This document shows, piece after piece, positions 24,476 through 33,500 of a DNA stretch of 64,000 nucleotides (the stretch's first letter is position 1; the number at the start of each line of letters is the position of its first letter). The position numbers and the translations under genes are program-made. The DNA comes from Azolla caroliniana (taxonomy: Eukaryota; Plantae; Polypodiophyta): positions 5,704,001-5,768,000 of the forward strand of contig JBHGNT010000021.1 in NCBI GenBank assembly GCA_043228905.1, given 5' to 3'. The notes below the pieces were generated by a model, which ran no database searches, was not told where the DNA came from, and saw only the letters and a program-made list of their open reading frames with translations.

Positions 24476-27400
24476 TGTCGCGTTGTTACGCGCGTGCGTG
24501 GAGAAGGGCGGAACCACGGGGGTCTCGGACTAAGGAGAAGGGGAGAAGGAATAGGACTTCGGAATGGAGCTTAGCACAAGAAGAGGAAGAATGAACAAGA
24601 GGAAGATGGAGGCCAAATGCTCAACGAGATATATTAGAAACGAAAACCGATTACAAAATGGCGGCCGCGTAGGCCGCACCGAACGACTATGATAAACCCG
24701 AAACCCTAATCCGACGAAGAAGAAAAGAAACCCTAAACGAAACCCTAACCCTAAAACGAAATGGTATACCTCACTCACACTCCAAAATAAGGCAACCCCC
24801 ACAATGGTGCTCTTCCTCTCCCTTTATAGCACAAGGAGGGAAGACCGTTACATAAAAGGGTGCTACAAAATATCCCCTTTCAATCAATGGGGATATTTCC
24901 CTTGATTTTAGGGGAGGTGGGAAGGATGGGTCTTAACTCCCACCTCTACACGAACTACTATGTACCTATCTCTCTCTCTCACGTGGATGTGCGCGCAAAA
25001 GCACATCACCTCTACACTTTACAAATCCTAAGGTGCATTTCTAGCACCATACTTATCACTATCGATAAATAGAAATACAACATGGTGATGTGCAACGTTG
25101 CACATCGCGGGTTTGCTTGCTTCGCTCGGTTTTCCGCCTATGGACGAAAATCTTCACGACATCCGCCCCCACCTAACCGCACATCCACCGGTATGTGCCA
25201 AAAGGGGAACAAAACGCGAGATTTTCGGCCAAGGCGGCCAACCGAGCCCTTGACAACCTCGTGGGCTTGCCCGGCTTCGTCTTCCACTTCGAGCAAGTCC
25301 ACCCCGTCCACACGAACCACCGTCGCCTTCCGGCCCACCATCTCCGTCGAATGGTCTCGAACCGTCGGCTCCGTCCGATCCGCCACACTTGACGACGTTC
25401 GCCGAGTCGTTGCCTCCACCCGATCCGCCACGTCCATCGTGATTCTTTGAACCACCGTCTACATCCGGACCGCCGTTTCCGATGCCCGCGCCTTCTTCCC
25501 CGATCGGTCCTCCCGAACGCCGTTGCCGACCCGGTTGCTCTTCTTTTGTCCGCCTCGTATAGCCTCCGGATGCTCTCCCGATCTCTCCGGTTGCACGCCG
25601 GATTCCGCCTTTCCCGTGCTTGCCGTGCTCTCTCGCCGTAGAGCATACCATCGTTCCCGTGCTCGTTGCTTGGCCCTCATGCGGCCGCATTGCACGTTTC
25701 GCATTCCGCTCCTCTTCGCGTACCCTTTCGGAAAGGTACCTTTCTTCCCCGACCTCCGTTTCGCTCGGAGGAACACCCTCTTGGCCCTCTTGGTCCGCTC
25801 GACCGCACACATCCTTCGTGATGTCGTGTTCGTTCTTTTGGGCGCATACATCTTCGTTCTCCGCGACCTCCCGTATGCCTCTCTCGGTGCCTTCATCCGT
25901 TGTGGCCTTCGTCCCCTCGCCGCCACCGTCCGCCACTCTTGGTCTCACGTCGGCACTCGCGCCGACCGCCGGAGTCTCTATAGCCGGTGTGGAGGATCCC
26001 TCTCGGGCCTTATCTTCGTGGCCGCCGGTCTTAGCCTCTCCGTAGGCCACCTCTTCCCACCAATCTTCCCTAGCATCGTGCCAGGTCTTGTCGTCGCCGC
26101 CTTCCTCCTCGTATTCGCCTCTCGAAGGCGTGATCCGACCGTCATCTTCGGTCGCTCGATGTGGCTCCTTCGTAGGCATGCTTGTGTCTTGGCCCTCCAT
26201 CGGCCGTATTGCATGCATCTCGTCTCGCTCTTCCGCCGTAGATCCGACCTCCGTGTCGGTCTTCTCCTCCTTTGTCGCCGTAGCCCGTTCCGACACGGGC
26301 TCGCCGTCTTGGACCCACCCGTCCACCATCTCGTACCGGATATCCGTTCCGGTAACCTCGTACGCTCCGGTCTCCGACTCCTCGCCGCCACCCGCCGTTT
26401 CTCCGGTCTTATGTTGATCCGCAACCGCCGTAGTCTCTAGAGTGGGTATGGAGGGTCTCGTTTGTTTCCGTTTTCCCCCCGAACCATGGTCGTCGTGCCC
26501 GGTTAGCCTCCATCTCGCGCTTACCGGCTCCCATCGTAACCGTAACCATAACCGTAACCGGCCAATCGGTCTTGCCGGCTTCCTTCGGTTTGGGCCCGGT
26601 TCGCCGGCCCTTACTCTCTTCTTCTTCCGTGCCGTATTCCGGTCGGGTCGGTTCCCGATTCTCTCCTCGTTTCCGCTCCGGTCCTCTCCGTCGGACCCAC
26701 CGTATACGCCCATTCCGGGGCCCGCATACTCGTCTTCGTATGCGCTCTCTCCGGGCCTCACCCTCTCACGGTCACCGCCCATCTCTCCGGTCTCACGTTG
26801 GCATTCGAGCACAACCGCCGAAGTCTCCGGCCCCGGTGTCAAGGGGTCTTGCCTCCGTCCGCTCCAATCTTCCTTCTCGTTTCCGTTGCCCGCCTTGCCG
26901 CCGTCACCTCCCGTCGCACTAAGCCTTATGCCGGCACTCGGTCCGGCCATTGGAGCCTCTAGGATTGGTGTGGGTAAGGACCCGGCACCGCCGCTTGTTG
27001 TCTCCGTAGCCGCTTTCGTTCGGACGTCGTTGTCCGCGGCTCCCCCATCTCCGATTCCGTAAGCCTCTAGTATGCTTGCCACCACCTCTTCTTCGCCGTT
27101 CTCCGCGTCATTTTGTTTGCCCGCCTTGCCGCCACCACCGCCCGTCGTTCTAGGTCTCGTGCCGGCACTCGGGCCGACCGCCGAAGCCTCTAGGGCCGGT
27201 GTGTGGAAGGTCGCGGCACCACCGCTCGCCTCCTCTCCGCTCGATGTTTTGGGCCGCCGTGCCCCGAATCTTCCGCCCACTTTCGAAGTGGCGCTCTCCG
27301 CTTTGTAGTCACCGGCCTCATCCTTGGCCGTCCATTCGCCGCAAGACGAGAGGGTTGCTCGCTCCGCACCCTCTCCCATGTCGTCGTCGTTTCGGTGGCC

Positions 27401-30063
27401 CGCCTTGCCGCCGCCACCGTCCGTCACTCTAGGCCTCTCGCCGGCTCTCGGGCCGGGTGCCGGAGTCTCCAGGACCGGTGTGTGGAAGGTCGCGACACCA
27501 CCACTCCTCTCGTCCGTAGCCACCTCCATTCGGACATCGTCGTCCGTGGCTACCCCGTCTTCGGTTTCGCAAGCATCAAGTATGCTTGCCGCCGCCTCTT
27601 CTTCGCCGGTCTCGTCCTCATCTCGGTTGTCCGCCTTGCCGCCGCCACCGTCCGTAGCTCTAGGTCTCGTGCCGGCACTCGGGCCGACCGCCGAAGCCTC
27701 TAGGGCCGGTGTGTGGAAGGTCGCGACACCATCGCTCGTTTCGTCTTCCTCCTCCATTTCGCAAGCCTCGAGTATGCTCGCGAAATCCTCGTAGAACGTT
27801 TCGTGCAACCGCGTCCCGAAACTTCCGCCCACTCTCGAAGTGGCGTCCATCGCTCCGTAGATATCGGCCTCGTCCATGGCCGTTCTTTTTCCCCGAGATG
27901 AGAGGGTCGCTTGCTCCGCACCTTCTCTCGTGTCGACGCCGTGGTCGCCCGCCTTGCCACCGCCACCGCCTTTCACCATAGGTCTTACGCGGGCACTCGG
28001 GCCGGCCGCCGTGATCTCTAGGAATGACGCGTGTAAGGTCGCGGGACCGCCGCTCGTCGATGTAATGTCCGTAGCCACCTCCGCTCGGACGTCGTTGTCC
28101 GTGGCTACCCCGCCTCCGTATATGCAAGCATCGGTTATGCTTGCCGCCGCCTCTTCCGCGGTCTCCTTACCGTTGTCTCGGTTGCCCGCCTTGCCGCCAC
28201 CACCGTTCTTCTCCCTCGGTCTCACGCGGGCGCTCGGGCCGGCCGCCGTGGTCTCTTGAACCGGTGCGTGGAAGGTTGCGGCACCGCCGCTTGTCTCCTC
28301 CGTACTCGATGATTCGGGCCACCGTGTCCCGAATCCGCCATGTCCGCTCGAATAGGCGATCGCCGCCTCACCGTCCCCGACCTCGTCCCCGGTCGTTCTT
28401 TTCCCCCATGTCGAGAGGGCGGCTCGCTCCGCACCCTCTCCCGTGGTACCGATGTACCATTCTCTTTCGGCCTCCGCATAGGCCCCGTCCTCCATGTGTG
28501 AGGAAGCTCCTTCCTCCGCGTCCTCCGATCCGCTCGGGCCCGACCCCGCAATAAGCCATTCTTCGGCTTCGATTTTCGCCATTACGAGCCCGCACGCCTC
28601 CCGTATTAGCGCTTGTAGGTCGAGCCCCTCCAAACCGGTTCGCGATGAGCTCTCGTCCGGCGGCATGGCGTAGTCGGTCGTCGCTCTCTCTTCTCCCCCG
28701 CTCGCGGGCCGTGTTGTGGCCGACCGCCTCGCCTCATGTTGCCGACACACCCATTCCACTTCGGGCCACTCCTCGGTGAGACCATGCGCCCCATAATCGT
28801 CTTGAAGCTCGAACATGATGTCCATCCTCTCCTCATGATGGACCGTCTCCAAAAATAGGAGGACTTTGTCCGCCCCCACCGATCTTCGTTCCCACTCCGA
28901 GAGTTGAGAGAAACGACGCTCGAACTCTCGGAATGCCTCTATTGCGCTCCGATGGCGCCTCACCGACGCCACCCACCGATCGAACTCTCGCCGACCTCCT
29001 ACCTCCGATTCCGCGCACCCGTATGCCTCCATTAGAGCCCCTTCAAAGGACTCCCACGATTCGTGAGCTTCTTGGAGCTCCTTGACCTCCTCGTACTTTG
29101 ATGCGGCCGCCGCTCGACGAAAGAACTCTAGCCTCGTCGCTTCGTCCACGCCCATCCCCGTCATTTCCGCATCGTAGGCTCTCAAAAATTTTGGGACCTC
29201 CTTCCCATCGAACCGGCCGACTAGACGGACCACCCTTTCGACCGCTTGTTGAGCCGCCTCTCGCCTCGCCCTCTTCCGTCCGGCGTCCATCAAGATCTTT
29301 GTCATCATCTCCTCGAAGTCGAAGCCTTCCTCCATCTCTTTCTCCCTTGCCGCCCTTCACGTCGGGTTCACCAAAGATGTCGCGTTGTTACGCGCGTGCG
29401 TGGAGAAGGGCGGAACCACGGGGGTCTCGGACTAAGGAGAAGGGGAGAAGGAATAGGACTTCGGAATGGAGCTTAGCACAAGAAGAGGAAGAATGAACAA
29501 GAGGAAGATGGAGGCCAAATGCTCAACGAGATATATTAGAAACGAAAACCGATTACAAAATGGCGGCCGCGTAGGCCGCACCGAACGACTATGATAAACC
29601 CGAAACCCTAATCCGACGAAGAAGAAAAGAAACCCTAAACGAAACCCTAACCCTAAAACGAAATGGTATACCTCACTCACACTCCAAAATAAGGCAACCC
29701 CCACAATGGTGCTCTTCCTCTCCCTTTATAGCACAAGGAGGGAAGACCGTTACATAAAAGGGTGCTACAAAATATCCCCTTTCAATCAATGGGGATATTT
29801 CCCTTGATTTTAGGGGAGGTGGGAAGGATGGGTCTTAACTCCCACCTCTACACGAACTACTATGTACCTATCTCTCTCTCTCACGTGGATGTGCGCGCAA
29901 AAGCACATCACCTCTACACTTTACAAATCCTAAGGTGCATTTCTAGCACCATACTTATCACTATCGATAAATAGAAATACAACATGGTGATGTGCAACGT
30001 TGCACATCGCGGGTTTGCTTGCTTCGCTCGGTTTTCCGCCTATGGACGAAAATCTTCACGACA
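24476..30063 (-). mobile_element. Very young pol-less LTR retrotransposon with tRNA-Trp PBS and 4-bp TSD
   Basis: 686-bp apparently identical TG...CA LTRs at 24476-25161 and 29378-30063. TSD ACGG at 24472-24475 and 30064-30067. 18-nt PBS TGGTGAACCCGACGTGAA at 29356-29373 is complementary to the plant tRNA-Trp 3' end. PPT GCGGTTAGGTGGGGGCGGA at 25162-25180. Confidence 0.95.
25154..29335 (-). CDS. 1393-aa Gag-like N-terminal domain plus long repetitive G/E/A/T-rich disordered tail
   Basis: The first ~200 aa (RFDGKEVPKFLRAY...SWESFEGALMEAY...EFERRFSQLS...DKVLLFL) are capsid-like. About six ~85-aa internal repeats follow. No PR/RT/RH/IN motifs. The frame is open from just after the PBS into the 3' LTR. 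Confidence 0.8.
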   Translation of the reverse strand: MEEGFDFEEMMTKILMDAGRKRARREAAQQAVERVVRLVGRFDGKEVPKFLRAYDAEMTGMGVDEATRLEFFRRAAAASKYEEVKELQEAHESWESFEGALMEAYGCAESEVGGRREFDRWVASVRRHRSAIEAFREFERRFSQLSEWERRSVGADKVLLFLETVHHEERMDIMFELQDDYGAHGLTEEWPEVEWVCRQHEARRSATTRPASGGEERATTDYAMPPDESSSRTGLEGLDLQALIREACGLVMAKIEAEEWLIAGSGPSGSEDAEEGASSHMEDGAYAEAEREWYIGTTGEGAERAALSTWGKRTTGDEVGDGEAAIAYSSGHGGFGTRWPESSSTEETSGGAATFHAPVQETTAAGPSARVRPREKNGGGGKAGNRDNGKETAEEAAASITDACIYGGGVATDNDVRAEVATDITSTSGGPATLHASFLEITAAGPSARVRPMVKGGGGGKAGDHGVDTREGAEQATLSSRGKRTAMDEADIYGAMDATSRVGGSFGTRLHETFYEDFASILEACEMEEEDETSDGVATFHTPALEASAVGPSAGTRPRATDGGGGKADNRDEDETGEEEAAASILDACETEDGVATDDDVRMEVATDERSGGVATFHTPVLETPAPGPRAGERPRVTDGGGGKAGHRNDDDMGEGAERATLSSCGEWTAKDEAGDYKAESATSKVGGRFGARRPKTSSGEEASGGAATFHTPALEASAVGPSAGTRPRTTGGGGGKAGKQNDAENGEEEVVASILEAYGIGDGGAADNDVRTKAATETTSGGAGSLPTPILEAPMAGPSAGIRLSATGGDGGKAGNGNEKEDWSGRRQDPLTPGPETSAVVLECQRETGEMGGDRERVRPGESAYEDEYAGPGMGVYGGSDGEDRSGNEERIGNRPDRNTARKKKRVRAGEPGPNRRKPARPIGRLRLWLRLRWEPVSARWRLTGHDDHGSGGKRKQTRPSIPTLETTAVADQHKTGETAGGGEESETGAYEVTGTDIRYEMVDGWVQDGEPVSERATATKEEKTDTEVGSTAEERDEMHAIRPMEGQDTSMPTKEPHRATEDDGRITPSRGEYEEEGGDDKTWHDAREDWWEEVAYGEAKTGGHEDKAREGSSTPAIETPAVGASADVRPRVADGGGEGTKATTDEGTERGIREVAENEDVCAQKNEHDITKDVCGRADQEGQEGVPPSETEVGEERYLSERVREEERNAKRAMRPHEGQATSTGTMVCSTAREHGKHGKGGIRRATGEIGRASGGYTRRTKEEQPGRQRRSGGPIGEEGAGIGNGGPDVDGGSKNHDGRGGSGGGNDSANVVKCGGSDGADGSRPFDGDGGPEGDGGSCGRGGLARSGRRSRASPRGCQGLGWPPWPKISRFVPLLAHTGGCAVRWGRMS

Positions 30064-30506
30064 ACGGAGTGAAGGAATTAATTATATATGGTTGTAAATG
30101 AGGATAGTGTGGACGGACGGACTGGAAACGGTATGCCGTTCCAGATCCGGACGGATCCCGAATAGGTGCGAGGGGCACCGTTTTGTACTACGGGCCGGAA
30201 ACCTATTTAAAGGCCCGGACCCCATTGTAATAGCAGCGGATAATTAATAGAGATTATGATGTTTATACTTCTGTCTTGATTTCCGTTCTGTAATCACTGT
30301 TATATCTTACGCGTGTAATTAACCAAAGCAATCTAATCGTGTAACCTACGTAAGTCGGTGTAATCGTTGAATCTTGATCCTATGCCGTAATCACCCTTTG
30401 GTGAAGTGTCTCCGTGACACCTTGTGTTAGGCCTTGTCCGGCTAAGCGAATAACACAGTTTTGGCGACCACGATTCCTGCTTTCTCGCAGCGAACGACGG
30501 TAATGG

Positions 30507-33500
30507 ATGACTAGACCAACGCACGACTTGGTTACAGACCGAGCTCGACGCATCGCCGAACGGCAAAGACGGCGTGAGACTTTCCAGCAAGCAGCGCAGG
30601 AAATTCGCTCGGATCGTTCGTTCTCCAACGAGATCCGGAGAGTCGCGGAGGAATCTCTCCGGTTACGGCAAACTCGCGACCAGGACGACGGAAGCAGTCT
30701 AAGTAGTCTCCGGGAAACCGAACGACTCCTGGAGGCGCTGGCAAGCGGAGAAAACGAGGCAGAAGCCTTTTCAGCCTACGAATCGGAGTCCGAAGGGGGA
30801 TACAGCGTGCACACGAACTACCGGAGCAGCAACGATACCCCCGGCGGCCCGGAAGACGACGGGTCGGATACCGTGCCGACTCCAGAACCGGAACCGCTCA
30901 ACCAGGGCTATCCGGAACCGGAAGTGGAAGACGCAAAGCCACCAACACCAACGAACTTCCCGGCAAAGGTACCGGAAAAAGAGCCGGAAAAAGGACCGGC
31001 AAAAGAACCGGAAGTGGAACCGGAGAAAGAACCGGAAAAAGATCAACAAACGCCACTAAACCGCGGCCTAATACTGGACGACGACATGCCGTTCCAATAC
31101 TCAAAGTATCGCGATGATCCGGACGCGGAAGCGCATGTTGATGACTTCGAGCAGACATGGGAAGCAAATCACACGTCCCAGCGAATGACACCGGAGGAAG
31201 AAGAACGCTCGAAGATAGCGGAATTCGGAGTCACGTTGGAGGGACCTGCGACACGATGGCGGCGGTCGCAGGACCCGGCGACCATCACAACATTTGCGGA
31301 ATTAAAAGCAAAATTCTTGCATTTTTTCCACAAGGAAGTCGACCAGACGACTATGGTGGGCCTGTTTTATACGATCCGACAGGAGGCAGGGGAAAGCATT
31401 CCCCAATTCGTCATCCGTTTCCAACGAATGCATAGCCAGCTTGCCCGTGCACCCCCGGAGGAGGAATTACGCACGATATTTTTAAACGCACTCCGGGAAC
31501 CGTTACGCACGGTGTGTACGGTAATCGACTTTCGAGGATGCACCATCGACCAGGTCATTGACCGGGTCAGAGAAATGGAAAAGACAAGCTCATGGCTTAC
31601 GCTGGGAACACTGCAACGGGCGTTACCCACCGAGGAAGATCTCCGGTTCCGGCAGGCAATTCAATGCACAATCTGCTTGAATGCCGGACACTCGGCAGTA
31701 GAGTGCACCATGCGCACTCAGTGTGTGATTTGTCAATCCAAGAGTCATACAACGGACCGGTGCGAGTACAACCTGTTAAATCGACAAGCACCACCCGTCC
31801 GACGGATCGAGCCAAGAAGCAGCCGAGACGAAGATGACGATCGTTGGCAAAGAGGGAACCGGTACCCACCGGCACAAGATGTCCGGTACGGAGACAGGCA
31901 AGAGAATGATGGCCAGTACGGGAATCGGCGTGATAACTACGACCGGTATGAGCGATCGGACCGTTATCGAGAGCCCAACAGGCGACACGAGCAATACGAC
32001 AGAGACCATTCCCCTGGTTACCGAAGGCACCAGGAGGACTACGGCCGATGTTACGATCCACCACGGCCGGACTACCGAAATAAACATAAGAATAATAAGA
32101 AACGTAACTTCAAGAAAGGTGGTCACCCTAGGGACCCGGAACATGGAATCCCAAGGAGCCAACCGGCACAGAACGCACCACTCGCTACGGGACCAACTCC
32201 GGCTACCAGCAATGCTGAATCCAGCAATACCCGTAAAGAGTACTGCTACTACTGCAGGCAGGAAGGCCACTACAGTAACCAGTGCCCGGTAAAGAGCTAC
32301 GAGAAACGACCAGCAGTTAATATGGTGGTTCCGGAAGTGACGGATGTACAGCAAGTAACCACACGGTCGAAAGGCATGGCCAAAGAGTGGGAAACACAAG
32401 AGGCCATACGAAAACAGGCGACGGAATGGGTGAAGGAAGCCAATGAAAAGAACGTCGCGGACGCGGAACGGCAAAAGGCAAATAGCATAGGGAGTGCCGG
32501 CGGTAGCCACCCAGAAAACGAGACATGGCAAGCACTGCAAGAATGTCAGATCACGTTGCCGTTAGGAAGACTCTTGCAGCTCGTGCCGCGATTTACGGAA
32601 GGGCTAAAAACGGGCATGACAGACGGCATAGCCCCACCGGCACCAGTCCTCTTCTCAAACCCGGAGGAGGGACCGACGGTGGTGGACACTAGTAGTCCGG
32701 CGATTACAGCTATTGTCAAAGGGCACGAACTTCCCGGCACGGTAATCGATGGAGGTTCCGGGGTGAACGTAATAAGCCTCCGTACGTGTGATGCCTTGGG
32801 AATACATGAATGGGAGCCATGCCCGTTCTGGCTACGGATGGCGGATACGAGTTCGGTACGACCGACGGGTTTAATACGGAAATTGGAAGTCACCATAGGA
32901 GGCCACACATTTCACATCTCGGCTGTAGTGCTGCAGCTACAGGCGCAAGGCGCGTACCCACTGTTGCTGGGCAGACCATGGTTGAAAACTGCACACATCA
33001 AGCAAAATTGGCGGAAAAATATGATCACCTTCCGGCGCGGAAAAGCCAAGGTCCGGGTTCCGACACAACCACAGACGAGCAACGGTAAGGAATGCACACC
33101 GCTGTACGCGGAATGTGTGAACATGCTTGAAGGATTGGCAGACGACGAAGAAGCCCAGTACTTGGAGGAACACCCGAAGATCGTACCACTCTTCGAGATT
33201 GACGTAGCTGAAGCCGTAGCCCCATACTTGCCGCAGCGGGACGACACCGAAGCCGAACCAGACAAAGATGCGATTCGGGAATTACGGCAAACACAGGAAG
33301 CATTGGAACGGGAAATGGCCGTTTCCCAACGGGTAAAAGCATCCCAGCTCGACGAAGTAAACCTAGGAAGCAAGGACGAATCAAAGCCGGTACACATCGC
33401 CAAAGAAATGAAGCCGGAAGATAAAGCGGCGATGATCAAACTTCTTACGGAGTTTCGCGACGTATTCGCCTGGTCATACGAGCACATGCGAGGGCTGGAC

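Noticed and set aside
25082-29496. Many overlapping antisense and alternate-frame ORFs in the GC-rich element
   Set aside because: Expected from high GC content and repeats, and they have no recognisable domains.
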